A stretch of DNA of 64,000 nt from Chrysomallon squamiferum (lineage: Eukaryota; Animalia; Mollusca): the NCBI GenBank assembly GCA_012295275.1, contig CM022666.1:2108001-2172000 (forward strand), read 5' to 3'. Every line of letters starts with the position of its first letter. Positions within the stretch are counted from its first letter, which is position 1. A program made the position numbers and the translations under genes. Under the pieces are notes generated by a model. It was not told the origin of the DNA and made no database searches. It saw only the letters and a program-made list of their open reading frames with translations. Positions 1 through 14,450 of the stretch are shown here, in pieces.

Positions 1-1782
1 CAGTGTTTTTCTCTTGTGATAACACTGTTTCAGGGTTGTTGTTTTTTTTAAATTCTCATTCTACTAGAGTAATAATGCATAAAAACAAGTTCTTTATATA
101 TTAAATTGCTGGATTTATTTTTATTTATTTATTTTATTTTATTACTATTTTTTATTTTTTATTTTTTTATTATTATTCTTCAGAAGCAATTTGTAAAATC
201 ATGAGATATGTTTTGTATAAATGGAAGCACCCTATGGGGTAAATAAAGAATGAATGTAATGTGTATATGTGTGCTGGGGGTGTGGAGATATATAGATTAA
301 CAAATAAGTGATTGTATGTATGTATGTGTTTGTATATATAATATATATAGACAGACAGATAGGTGTTTGTATGTATATGTATGTGTGTGTGTGTGTATAA
401 ATACATAGATAGACTAGACTGACAGATAGGTAAATGTGTGTGTGTGTGTGGCTGTTTATATACATATATCTGTGTATTTATATTTGCACACTGCAATAAT
501 AAATATATGACAGATTACCCAAAAAGGTACTTAAAGTCATTGAGCATATTTACATTTGTGCACTTCAGAACGGCACTTTTAACCTTTTGTCTTGGTGATT
601 CCATCAGGTTGGATTATTTTATCCATTAACAATTTAATTTTTAATTAATTGTGTTGTAATTTAAAGACAGACAGACTGGTACGATTACTGGACCATAATA
701 AGAAAAGGTCGATCAGTGAACCATAATAAGAAAAGGTCAAATTGTCAAGGTGGTGCTGTAAAGCTATACTCTTGTTCATAAAAATCATTACTATCCAGGT
801 AAATGATTTTCCATGAATAAGAATGTCAGATAATTATGTTAAATGTTCTAAATAATTATCTGTGTAGAAACCATTGTCTTCTCTTTCATACTCTGGTAAA
901 TGATAATAATGATTCAGTGAACAAGATTTACTCATTAATCAATACACCAATGCATAAAAACAAATAAAGCCTGCTTACAGAGAGAGAGAGTGTCACTGCA
1001 GTTAGTACAATAACAGAACTCTCCAGTACATTGACATTCAGTACTGACAGAGTCAGTGGTTACTATTATAGTGTTGAGTAATTATCTCATCAGAAAATAG
1101 TCCTATATCAAAACACTGCGAAACATGATGTGACAGAATACGTTGAAAAATTGCATCTAACAAATCATCACAGATTTCTTTTTTGACGAATAAATAAATG
1201 GAAACATTAGATGCGAAAAAGGTGACAAAAATCTCGTAAAATTGTCACGACTTTGTAAATAACCTGACTATAATTTCTGTAAAGTTTATCTGTTGCTGTG
1301 ACAGTATAATAAAACAGAGTCAAAGCTTGTCCACAGCAGAAGAAGATGCATAAAATACACAGATGAACATTGTTCCTAGGCAATGGTGGTTACATCTAAA
1401 TAAAAACGTATACCTGAATGCCAAAAGGGATAGATTTCTGTCGAGATATACATTCAGATCATTTACACAATCTTGTTCACACACACAGAGAAATAGGAGT
1501 AATCAGTCCATCTGTGACAGTGTATTGTGTTGCCAAAAAGTGAGGCCCTGACAAAAAAAATTACTGATGATTTATTTTATAACACAAAACCTACAATTCC
1601 TTAGTAGGGCTTGCAATCATTTTATTAAACAAAAAATTGTTTTTGATTTTTGAACATTTTAACAGTTAGTTCTCATATCATACATTTTAGTTTAAAACAA
1701 AAAATTAATAATAAATAAATAAAAACAAATACCAGAAGTACAAATGATTTATAAATTAAATATAAAACTGATGTTATTTCAG

Positions 1783-1963
1783 AGATGCAAGGACAGAGGA
1801 AGCAAGGTTCCAACGCCAGATGGAAATTCTCGATAAGAAAGTTAGAGACTTGGAGAAAGGGTAAGCATGCACTTACATTTAATTTATTATTTTTATAAAA
1901 ATATCCATCGTTATACATATTTTTGATGATTCAATCCACACAAAAACAGAGGCGCCTATCTTT

Positions 1964-1996
<33 letters not shown>

Positions 1997-2831
1997 AACA
2001 GAAAAAGAGAGACAGACAGAGACAAATCCAAATAAAAATACTGGACATGAATGTTTAAGATTTGGGAAAAAAGAGAAGTTTAATATTATGCTAAGAATAT
2101 TATTAAGAATGTCTATTTTAATACATATTTTTAAATGCACATGCATACATAAACAAAGAAAGAGAGATGTATACATTTGTAACTAAACAAAAACACACTG
2201 GATGGAATTTCTGTATTAGAAAGAGATGCAGAGAAAAACTAACATGTTTTGGTGGGTTTTTTTTACAGTTTACTGAAAAAAAACATTTGTTTTGATATGC
2301 GCATTCTGGTGCATACAAACAACATTCCACATTCACATCCAGAGAAAACATTATTTAAATTCATGCATGCATGCACACACACATATGTATGGACATCCTT
2401 GGTAATACATTTTCAAGATTAACAGTTTATATACCTGTATAATTACACACAGATATGAATACGTATGTTTTCAAAAAATTATAAATACTCATACAACTAG
2501 AAATTTGTTAATTGTATAATATTTTCTTTTTAATTTTGTTTTAATTTAGTGGATTTTTTTTTTTTTAAATTGTTAATTCACAACAAAGAATGGCCAGCAT
2601 TTCTTAATTTTTTAGTTTATGTTTATATGTATATGTATATATATAATATATATTTTATCTGCAGAAAGAAAACATATCCAGATGTGAGATTTTTAACATA
2701 CAAAGACAGAAAGCGAATTCTTGTAAGTTGAATCATTATTTTTATTATATGTTTTGTGCAAGACAGACAGTATCAATAAAACACACACACACACACACAC
2801 ACATACATTCATGAATCTACCCACAAATGCA

Positions 2832-2871
<40 letters not shown>

Positions 2872-3725
2872 CATACACATGCACACACAAACAATCTCAC
2901 ACACTGATAAACACACCTGTATACACATACACACATTTCAATATTACCCATCAAGTTTACATTGCATACCTCCGTATAACTTTGTTTTTATTACTTTACG
3001 TTGCAGGTATCGGGCGGGGCTGGTTTCGTGGGCTCACACCTGGTAGATCAGCTGATGCTGCAGGGACACGAAGTGTCTGTGGTAGATAATTTCTTCACAG
3101 GCAGAAAGAGAAACATAGAGCACTGGATTGGGCACGAGAATTTCGAACTTCTGCACCACGATATCGTTCACCCACTTTACATAGAAGGTCTCTGCTCTCC
3201 TGTATTTTCACATCATTTACTCATTTCAGTTACACACACACATACATTTGTACATACATACAGACAGACTGACAGAAAGATACATGTGGAAGATAAATGA
3301 AAAACGAGACAGATTTCTGCTCTGTTGTATAATTCAAATCACTAACGTACACACATACATCTGTACAAACACACAAACTGACAGAAAGACGTATGTTGAA
3401 GATAAATGGAAAAAGGGATAGGTTTCTATTATGTTGTATATTCATATAATTTACACAATCTCAATAACAGCCAGACATGCATGCATCCATACAGACAGAT
3501 TATAAAGAGGAAGACTTCCTGAAGATAGGAAAAAGAGATAGAAGGGTTTCTAATTTGTTGTATATCACTTACACCTCTCACTTACACACACATACACATA
3601 CAACAATAGAGACTGACAGATAAACGGAGAGACTGACATTCATTCAAAAAGTCAAAATATTTTGAAGATAGATGGGAAAAGAGATTTCAATTTTATTGTA
3701 TATGCACATCTCACTTACATACATG

Positions 3726-3772
<47 letters not shown>

Positions 3773-4384
3773 ATTTTTTGTGAAGAGAAAAAAAGACAGA
3801 TTTCTATTCTTACAGGTATATTAAGATCACTTGTATGCACACACACACACATAATACAGGCTTTTTTATGTTATGTTTTTTTATAAAGAGTAAGGATGAT
3901 ATGTTTTCAAACAGGACTATTTAAGTAAAGCATTTACTGACTATATTAAGTATATATATAGTTCCATTATGTATTTAACAATTCTCGAACACCATATCTC
4001 AGAATAATATTACTATTTTCTCATAGTAATATTATTAAAATTAATTAAAAATTTTATTATTACTTTTTTAATTTTTTTTTTTTTTAATTATTATTATTAT
4101 TATTATGTTGTTGTTGTTGTTGTTTTTTCAGTTGATCAGATCTACCATCTTGCATCTCCTGCTTCACCTCCTAACTATATGTACAACCCAATCAAAACTC
4201 TCAAAACAAACACAATTGGAACTATCAATATGTTAGGTATGTTGAGTTTTTTTTTTTTTTCATGAAAAATATATATATATATTTAAAAATTAGTTTATTT
4301 TAAGTGTGTATGTTGTTTTTTATTTGTTTGTTTTTTTGTCTATATGTGTGTTTTATATATGTACAATTGTCTGGGATTTTTAAA

Positions 4385-4430
<46 letters not shown>

Positions 4431-6929
4431 GTACAATTGAATCTGAATATTGGATGCAGTTTTAAAACATCTATTATGAGATTATATACGGTACTAAATG
4501 CTTCCCAAACACTTTCTAAAGACACTCTTACTCATTAATACAGTAATAATGTAGTAATATTGCATGCAGTTATGTATTTCACTAATGTAGTAATGATAAT
4601 GTAAACACATTTTAATTTTGTACTGAAACAATATTTTAATCAGAAAGAAACGTAAGTTAACACCAAGATAGCATAGTTACCCATACAGTATTTTACCGTA
4701 AAAGTCATTTTTATTTACAACATATGTATTAGAATTGACAGAAAGTGGAACAAATTTAAAGGCAAACAGACAGATAAATACAGTACGCACAGTTCAGGTA
4801 ATAATATGCAATTAAAAACATTATTAATACACGGTCACAAAAAATATGCACTGTACATACAGTGTATGCATTTATAAAAAAATACGTACTGTATTGCAAT
4901 AATGATTGAAAAATTTGATATTGTTTGTGCTGTCACCAATAATGAATGATTAAAATGATGATGAAATTTTGCCATATGATGATGATGATAACACTAATGT
5001 ACAGTATGGCACAGCTTAGCTGCTGCTTTACAGCACTTTAGTTAATTATTCCTACTCTTCAGGCACTTAAGTCTCTATGACCTACAAAAACCCGGTTTAC
5101 CGAGCATTTGTTTTTATGACGTTATGATAGCCTGGTATACCAAAATAGGGTTAGAGCCTAACCCGCGAATATTGAATAGGTGAGGGTATACTGTATAAAT
5201 ATATATTTTTTTTTTTTTTTTTTTTTTTCAACTAGATGTAATCATGTTTAATAATTTTATAAATGTATTTTTATTTATTTATTGTTTTAGGTTTGGCTAA
5301 AAGGGTTCGAGGCAGATTACTTCTGGCATCCACATCAGAAGTATATGGAGGTAAATTTTATAATTTTAAATGATTTTTCAGATTTTAGAATTACATCATC
5401 ACAATTTTAGAATTTTAAATGTTTTAGATTTAAGTATTTAAAATATAGTTTTAAATTTTTGATGTTACAAATGATATTCAGCATTTTAAATGATGTTTAT
5501 TATTATTATTATAATTAAAAACATAATTTAAAACAATAAATATCATTTGTACTATTACAACACTAACAACAACAATAATAATAAAAAATAGTTGTAGCAG
5601 TAGATGTAGTAGATGTACTAACAATAACAGTGTTATTTTAAGAATATTTATTCTGGGTTTTTTTCACTGTAGACCCTGAGGTTCATCCACAGACTGAGGA
5701 TTACTGGGGCCACGTGAACCCCATTGGACCTCGTGCATGTTACGATGAAGGGAAAAGAGTTGCAGAAACGATGTGTTACGCATATCAGAAACAGGTAAAC
5801 TTTCATCATTCACAGAGCTTTCATTCACACAGGTAGATAATTAGATACACAGATGTTCTTTGTTTTCAGTTAGTGACAGCTGTGTGGTTAGGTGACAGGG
5901 TTGACATCTGGCAGACTGCAGGGTCAAATGTTACTCAGTGAATCTGTTTTTTCCATTCCAGTTTGTGACCCGTTCTATCAGATGCTGTATGCAGATGCAT
6001 GTTTGTTTTTTGTTTATTTTTTTTTATTTTTTATTTTAATATAATAAAATGCTTTTGGGTTTTTAACTAAACAAATATTTGTTTATTTAACATAGATCTT
6101 AATTGTTTATTTATTTTTATTTATTACCTTTCCTGTAATCAAAATGCTGTGATATTTTGCTAAACACATATTTTTTTTTTTTTTCATTTGTTAGTGTGTT
6201 TGTTCATTCATTCATTCGTTCTTTCGTTCATTTATTTATTTATTTGTTTATTATTATTCCTGTACTATATTGCTTTGATATTTTATTAGACAGATACCGA
6301 GCTACCTGTTTGTTTATTTTTGACAGGAACACATAGAAGTGAGGGTAGCAAGAATCTTCAACACGTTTGGTCCAAGAATGCACATGAATGACGGCCGTGT
6401 TGTCAGTAACTTTATACTGCAGGCGCTTCAGAACGAATCTATCACAGTGAGTTATAAATACACAGCAATAATCAGGCAGCATGCTGTTGCAAGCAAGAAC
6501 AAATAATAATAAAAAAGAATATATATATATATATATATATATTCAAAAATGGAAAAGGCATACAACGTTACGATCCTATCTTTATTTCTTTTTTTTCTAT
6601 TTTTTTTTTTTTCATTTTCCCTTTCCTGATAAAATAAAATTCAGATATTTTTAGATAATATTTGTGATGTGCATTTCAGTTTAATGTCTCCTTAATTCAA
6701 AATGGAAATTCTTCAAATGCTATATAATAAAGATTTTTTTTTTCCAGTTGTATATTTAAATGCTTAGATGTGGGATAACTGATTAGTTTTCTGACAGATT
6801 TTATCTATAATTATCCTAGATGGTTTATAAGCTTCTGAAAACATCTGTGAATATTTTTCTTATCAAGGCAACAGCTTGCATACAAAAAAAACCCACATTT
6901 ACACAAATACAGACAACTTACATACTAAT

Positions 6930-6966
<37 letters not shown>

Positions 6967-7312
6967 ACAGACAAATATGTATGTTCTTCTGTTTGTATAG
7001 GAGTATTTATATATGGACAGGATAATTATATATATGTGCATGTACAAATAAACACATGGAATTTTTTTTTTTTTTTTTTTTTTTATAATAATAATTAATT
7101 CTTACCTGATTGTTTTATTACAGGTATATGGTGATGGAACACAAACTCGCTCTTTCCAGTACGTCAGTGACCTCGTTAATGGTTTAATAAAACTGATGAA
7201 CAGCAACTACTCCCTCCCCATCAACATCGGCAACCCAGAAGAACACACCATCATGGATTTTGCACAGATTATCAGAAAACTAGTCGGTATGTGCTGCCAG
7301 AATAATAATAAA

Positions 7313-7377
<65 letters not shown>

Positions 7378-7508
7378 GAATAATGATAACAAGAATACTA
7401 ATAATAATGATGATAATAATAATAAGAAGAAGAACACACCATCATGGACTTTGCACAGATTATCATAAAACTAGTCGGTATGTGCTGCCAGAATAATAAT
7501 AATAATAA

Positions 7509-7570
<62 letters not shown>

Positions 7571-8998
7571 GAATAATGATAACAAGAATACTAATATAAT
7601 GATAATAATAATAAGAAGAAGAAGAACACACCATCATGGACTTTGCACAGATTATCATAAAACTAGTCAGTAGTATGTGCTGCCAGAATAATAATAATAA
7701 TAAATAATAATGATGATAATGATAACAGTAATAATAATAATAATAATACTATCAATAATAATAATGATAATAATAAAAATAATAATAATAATTATGACAG
7801 TAATAATAATAATAATGATAACTAATAATAATAATATTAATTATAATAATATCAATAATATTGATAATAATAAAAATAATAATAATAATAACAGCAGTAA
7901 TAATAATAATAATAATAATATCAATAATAATAACAGCAGTAGTAATAACTAATAATAATAATAATAATAGTAACAACAATTATTTGAAAATAGTCACAAT
8001 ATAAAGAATTTAGGAGATTTCTGAGAATTTTTTTTTTAAATTATGTAACAAAACAATGGGAATAATGAAAATGAGAATAATTCCATTGTTTGTGCAGGTG
8101 GGCACAGCCAGATTGTTTTGAAGAAAGCTATGGAGGACGATCCTAGGAGAAGAAGACCAGACATCACAAGAGCAAAAAAATATTTAAACTGGCAGCCACA
8201 GGTAAAGTTGTAGTACCTGTACAGGTAAAGTTGTTGTACCTGTACAGGTAAAGTTGTTGTACCTTTACAGGTAAAGTTGTTGTACCTGTACAGGTAAAGT
8301 TGTTAGTACCTGTACATCAGTGTTGTACCTGACACTTCTTTTTGACTGTTAAAATACAGTTCGTATGTACAGTTTTTCACAAAACCATTACTGGAGCAGT
8401 GGTTAGATTTAGAAATAGCTGAAAGGGATGATTGCATAAGATTGACCTCAGTATTCTAACTAAATTAATCTTTGTGTTAAAATAATAAAATACGAAAACA
8501 TGAAATTGAATTTTTTTTTTTTTTTTACTTTGGGCCATTATTATTCTTTTTTATTTTTATTCTTTTTTTCTGATCATTTGTGAAAATGTAATTAAATGTG
8601 TGTGTGTATTTGTTTGTTTGTTTGTTTGTTTATGTATGCAAGTATTTATTTATTTTCTTATATATTTATTTACTTATTTATTTATTTATTTATTTATTTG
8701 CTTACTTATTTATTTATTTATTTATTTATTTATCTATATACATATTTATTTATTTATTCACTTATTTATTTATTTATTTACTTATTTACTTACTAACTTA
8801 CTTACTTACTTATTTATTCATTCATTTATTCACTTATTTATTCACTTATTTATTTATTTATTCACTTATTTATTTATTTATTTACTCACACAGGTTCCTA
8901 TGATGGTTGGTATAAACAAGACAATTGAATATTTTCGCAACGAACTCCGGCGTTCGCGACACAGTGAAAGAAATTTGCATTCACCTGATGAGACGTAA
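1783..8998 (+). CDS. UXS1: UDP-glucuronic acid decarboxylase 1 (UDP-xylose synthase), 5'-partial, 10 coding exons
   Basis: Exons 1783-1860, 2665-2722, 3007-3187, 4132-4236, 5291-5350, 5673-5794, 6327-6446, 7124-7286, 8098-8201, 8894-8998. All introns are GT-AG with consistent phases, giving about 364 aa. The translation contains [16 protein letters not shown] (Rossmann GxxGxxG), [47 protein letters not shown] (SDR YxxxK), [10 protein letters not shown] and [12 protein letters not shown]. The N-terminal TM exon(s) were not found and probably lie upstream of the window. Confidence 0.97.
3181..3850 (+). repeat. Degenerate ~110-140 bp tandem repeat starting at a UXS1 donor
   Basis: Recurrent TGAAGATA..AAAA..GA..TTTCT..TTGTATA..CAC..(CA)n units near 3290, 3397, 3521, 3663 and 3782. 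Confidence 0.6.
5872..5945 (+). mobile_element. Possible degenerate tRNA-derived SINE head
   Basis: A-box-like AGCTGTGTGGTTAG (about 5878) and B-box-like GGGTCAAATG (5921) at tRNA-like spacing; no tail or TSD seen. Confidence 0.25.
7238..7700 (+). repeat. Triplicated ~190 bp unit (last ~48 nt of UXS1 exon + donor + AAT/GAT tract)
   Basis: GAAGAACACACCATCATGGA(T/C)TTTGCACAGATTATCA(G/T)AAAACTAGTC..GTATGTGCTGCCAGAAT at about 7238, 7429 and 7621. Confidence 0.92.
8199..8315 (+). repeat. 23-bp tandem repeat x5 containing the UXS1 donor
   Basis: CAGGTAAAGTTGT(A/T)GTACCTGTA units start at 8199, 8222, 8245, 8268 and 8291. Confidence 0.95.
8600..8885. repeat. (TTTA/CTTA/TTCA)n tetranucleotide microsatellite
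   Basis: Direct reading; this is the source of the YLFI-rich ORFs. Confidence 0.9.
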
Positions 8999-9309
8999 CC
9001 TGCTGCTGGATTCGATCCACAAACCTCCCACACGACACATCAGGCTTCTTTTGTCATCCTGGACAAGAAAAACATCTTCTAATTGAAGCCTATGATATTA
9101 AAAAAAATATATATTAATAATAATAATAATAATTTTTTTTTTTTTTTTAAATGCATCTTTTTATTAATAATGGAGATAGAAAGATACAACTTTTCGTTAA
9201 TCAGGTAACAAAGATCCCATTGTTTTATTAATGAGGACAACACAAAGATACAATATTTTATTAATCAGTGTAACACAAAGCAGATGGTATAAAGATATAA
9301 TTTTTTTTT

Positions 9310-9392
9310 TACTAAGTTGACTAAAAAGATAATTTTTTTTTTAACTAAGTTGACTAAAAAGATGCAATTTTTACTAAGTTGACTAAAAAGAT
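9310..9392 (+). repeat. Short tandem repeat x3 in the UXS1 3' region
   Basis: ACTAAGTTGACTAAAAAGAT-like unit at about 9311, 9343 and 9373, separated by T runs. Confidence 0.8.
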
Positions 9393-10503
9393 ACAACATA
9401 TTATAAATAAAGGTAGCAAACTGATATCAAGATAAAAACTCTTTGTTATTGAAAATTACAGAAAGATACAATTTTGTTCCAACTGGATGATGATACAATT
9501 AATTTGATTAACAAGGATACTATCATCTTCTATTCATTCGTTCAGGATATTTGATGATGGACATTTTCAAAGAGAAATATTTTACCAAAATGATCTTTGA
9601 CTAGGTTTTGTATTCACTGTGATTTCAGTTCCTTGGTTTTAATTTATAAACATTCCTTTTTGTTTCAGGTTTAGTTTATAATCCTTGTTTGCTTGTTTTC
9701 ATTTTTTCATATTAATCAGCTACACTGAAATCATGTTTAATTACTTTTCTACTGATTTTCAGTTATTTTTGCTATTATTATTATTATTACTACAACTACT
9801 AGTATTGTGTTATTATCATTATTAATATTATCATTGTCATCATCATTACTAGTAATACTATTGAATTTATCATTATTATTATCATCTTCATTATCATTGC
9901 AACTATTATAATCATTACTGCTGTCATAGTCATTGTTATAAATATTGTTATTATTTTTTTTTTTATTTTTTTATTATTATTATTATTATTATTTTATACT
10001 GATCTTGGTATAAGTCATATTTTATACATTATAAATTCACAAAATATTTAAAACTAGTCCTTGGCAACATACATAATTAATTACAAATTAGTTTTTGTAA
10101 GTTTGATTACAAACATATTTAAATTTAGATCAATGGTGTACCAGTGTACTTACACACATATTCTTTTTTCATCATTCTCATCATCATCATTATTATTTTT
10201 ATTATCATTTCATAATAAATGTTCTGTTTACATATATACGTGCACACATTCACATTACCAAACGTATCTGTTTTAAATTATTTTAAATTTCCTTGTATTC
10301 ATTCAGTACTAAAACAAGAAAAGAAAAGATAAAATTAGCTATTTTTATTATTTTATATATCAAGATGATAAAATTCCAGGTGATAGATTCTGGTCTCATT
10401 AGGTAGAGATTAATATAAATCAAATGCACACATTTAACATAATTTTCCAATTAAAAGATAATTCCATAAATTAAATAAGATAAATTGCATTAACATTATG
10501 TTG

Positions 10504-10550
<47 letters not shown>

Positions 10551-10725
10551 ATAAATGTATTTTTTATTTATTTTTTTTTTTTTTTTAATAAAATTAATTT
10601 TATTTTATATTTTAACCTTCATAAAATTGGAATTTCAGATGCACATATTTTCTTTCTGATTAACGATGATAATCAATTATTTTTCAATTTTTGTTTTATC
10701 TATACATTTTAAAGTTATTTTTTTG

Positions 10726-10781
<56 letters not shown>

Positions 10782-12429
10782 TTCTTCATATACTTGGAAC
10801 TTCTTTGGCAAAACACACATGCCTAAAAAGTACCTCTGTAAGAAATGCTGTGTTCAAGAAATGGGATTTTGAACACGATTAAACATAAAGGAAATTAAAA
10901 AGAAAATCTCGGACTGCATGTTCTTGCACCAGATAAAATAAAAGACAGATATTTTGGTGATTTTGAGCAGGAAAAGTTTTGAGACTTCACGAATCTATTC
11001 ATGGGGAGGGGCACACAACTGTGGAATTATCATTTTGGATTTAATGAGTGCAATAAGGGAGTTGTCTCCCCTAGCTCTATAAATAGTAACAAAGATGTTG
11101 GAAAGTAGTTCATTGACGATGATGTTTTAGTTGGATTGTTCCTGTTTTTAGATATTTAGGTCAAGATATTAAATTTGTGTTAATAGATGAATAATGATTT
11201 CAGAATTTAAATCTAGAACTTTGTCAATATAAACAAATTTATTGTTTCCCTTATGTGTGTATAAGATTTTTGTGATGACAGTAAGTAGGAAATTAGTCAT
11301 TAAATTAAAAACTTTTATAATTAAATCTACACTATTTTAACAGGAGTTTGTGTAAAATATATTTATATGTATTTTTCTTGTATTCAGACTTTGTCATGGG
11401 AATCTTTTTGTTTCTTGTTTTGCTTTTCTCATTTTTGTTTAATTTCTTATTAAAAGAAAAAACTATGAATATATTGTAAATGTAATTTGTTGGTTTATCA
11501 TTTGTATTATTGCTGAATTAATTATGGATTGACATGTTGATTAATATTTGTATCTGAATTTAAATTGTCACAATACTGAGTTGATTTGCGGGTTTGATTG
11601 TTTTTGTTTATTTTGTGGGGTTGTTTTGTTTTGGAGGTTTTCTTTTCTGTCATTTTTTTTATATGTTGGATTTTCATTATTTAAATACCTGATTATTTAT
11701 TTGAATTTTGTCTGGAGGGTTTGTTATTGTTGAATTTTCATTATTTTCTGTTTTGCTTTTTCAGAAGGAAGGTTTATAATTATTTTCACTTTTTTTTCTT
11801 TCTTTTTTTTTTAATTATGGGGGTTATTCATTCTTTGTTTGATATTTGTAAATATAATACAGAGATGCATTTTTCTCTTTATGTTGAACATTTAAAAAAA
11901 AAAAATTATATTTTTCAAATGGTTGATAAATATTAACATTCCTATTTTTTGTTTTTATTTTTACAATCTGTTGTTATAACCTGTTTTGTTTCCAACCTGT
12001 TATTTCTTTCAAAACATTTATAATAAATTTTAAACAAATTATTTCTCTCTAAGTCAACAATTAATGGCAGCTATAGAGTGAAGACTTTTCACACAAAATG
12101 TTCTTCCTCGTTAGAAAATAGTTCTTCAAAATGATGAAAAGAAAAGAAAAACCAATGCATTATCGTCATCAGCATTTTCATAGTGAGGTGAAGGTGACAT
12201 TAACACAGTGCAATTTAAATGTTAATGAGATAGTTAAATGTAAGGAATTATTTTTTTATTTTTTTATTTTTTACATATTTAAAACAGACTTCAATTAGAT
12301 TATTGGCCGATTATCTGGAATGCCCCAAAAATCTTTAAAAATTCTTTAAATCTATTTAAATTTTAAACATCACCATCATCATCATCATTATTATTATTTT
12401 GCAGTTTTTCTTTCCTTTCTTTACTGATC

Positions 12430-12460
<31 letters not shown>

Positions 12461-12580
12461 TCCATTCATATCTGCACTTCAAATATGTAGGCTTTATTTA
12501 ATATAGTCAGAAATGTACGTACTAACCTAACATATCACATATATATAAATATATATTATTTTACTGTTGAATATATTTTG

Positions 12581-12622
<42 letters not shown>

Positions 12623-14450
12623 CAAATAAGAAATTCATTAGTCATTTATTATCATTTTCTTCTGATTATTCTGTTATTTTTATTATTATCATTGTATTTT
12701 AATTTATTTAAAATTTATCAGTTTTTGAAAGTACAAGAAAGTTTTCTGAATTCATTTTTCTGACTGCTCTACAAAACAAAAATAGTTGCATTTCTTTTAA
12801 AACGTTTTTTCGATTGCCATTAATTTTATGATATATATATATATATATTTTTTTTATCAGTGTTTGTAAAACCCGTAGTCAAATTTATAATTCATTTAGT
12901 CAAGTCTATAAATACATTGACTAAAATGAGTGACTAACCAAGCACATTTTTTTTTCATTGAAATCAAACTCATTTAATTTACTAAATCTTATAGACAAAT
13001 TTTCTTATTCACTAAGTGTCGAAATTTAGTCATCTGACTGTCTTAAAACAAGACCAATCAATTTCAACTTAATCAAGTTAGCAATAAAGATGAGTCAAGT
13101 TTTCAGCTGATTCAAGTCAAATTTACAACTTGTTTAATCAAGACTACAGTCAATGTTGTCATTTCTGTAATTCATTAAGTCATGTTAAACATTCTTACAT
13201 TTTTATTACTTATTATTTATTGTAAGAAAAAAAGTTATAAAATCAAAAAAGCTTTGATCCAAATTTACAACACTTAGTTACTTTTTAACTTAAATAACAT
13301 TGATGTATTGAAAAAATAAATAAATAAATAAAACTGACAGAAGCTTAATTTGTTTACATTTCTGTATAAATACAAAATGGTGATTATTATATAATCTTTT
13401 CTTTGTTAAAATCTGTATATTAATCTTTTTCTTCTTCTTTAATTTTAATTATTGTTATTTTATTTAATTATTAAGTGTTTTTTATTTTTTGTTAGTTTTG
13501 TTTTTGTTTAATGAATTATGAAACATGAAGGAAGTATTCAGATGCATGACAAATTACTTGCTCTAAGTTATATAATATTAAACATAAATTATCTAGGAAG
13601 TAACATGTATATAGCAGAGTTGTAATTATAATCAGTATATTTAAAAACAAAATTATGTATCTGTATACGTACATATGTACGTGTGTGTGTGTTTATACAA
13701 TGTATTTACTTGATGTACATAATTATTATGGTTGTTGTGTGATTATATAAAATGAATTATGAATTGAATTTTGTGAAAAGGAACATCTGTGTCTGTTTTA
13801 TTTTGTATTAATATTTAAATTAAAAATAATTTAAACTTTTAACTACTGAAGTAAAATCATTATCAGCTTATTTCCTCCTTCATTCTTCAGTCATATCCCA
13901 TGCCAAATTCTAAAGTCATTATCTGTACTTTCCTGTATATGAGAAGGAGGAGCACACAACAGACTTCTTGCTGTCCATGGATAGGAATAGCCCATAATAG
14001 TGATCATGATGGATTTCCTTTCACTCACTCACTCACTCACATACAGGCAAATATTAATAAAATGCAGAGTGGTATCAGTCACATATTCAGTAATTCATTC
14101 AATTCAGTCCTCAGATCCTGTTTTTGGTACCTGACAAAGAAAGAAAAAAGTCTAGTTTTAACTGCCATCTTTTTATTTCTTTATCGTTTTTTTTTTCTTC
14201 AAGAAGACACCAAAATCACAAACATCTAACACATCATCCAGTTTAATCACAAACAACTTTGTTTTGTTTTCCCTTTTTTTTTTTTTTTTTTTTTTTTTAA
14301 AACTGACATCATCTCTGTCAGGATATATTCTGTAGTCTTGGGTGTTTGCTTTATTTTATTTTTGTTTGTTTTGTTTGGTTTTTTGTCTGTTTTTTTTTAA
14401 TTGTTGGGGTATTTTGTTGTTCATTTTTGGTCTGGATATTTGTTGCTTAT

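Noticed and set aside
692-738. 19-bp direct repeat ACCATAATAAGAAAAGGTC
   Set aside because: Isolated micro-duplication with no associated structure.
5080-5195. CpG-rich patch ending GAGGGTATACTGTA, resembling a Tc1/pogo-type MITE end
   Set aside because: No matching opposite TIR found, so an element cannot be delimited.
8199-8315. CRISPR-like appearance of short repeats (also at 23224 and 36343)
   Set aside because: The units are contiguous with no unique spacers, there are no cas genes, and the context is eukaryotic intron or intergenic DNA.
12860-13190. Many AGTCA/TGACT words between UXS1 and TRAPPC1
   Set aside because: No stable periodicity; probably a decayed satellite.
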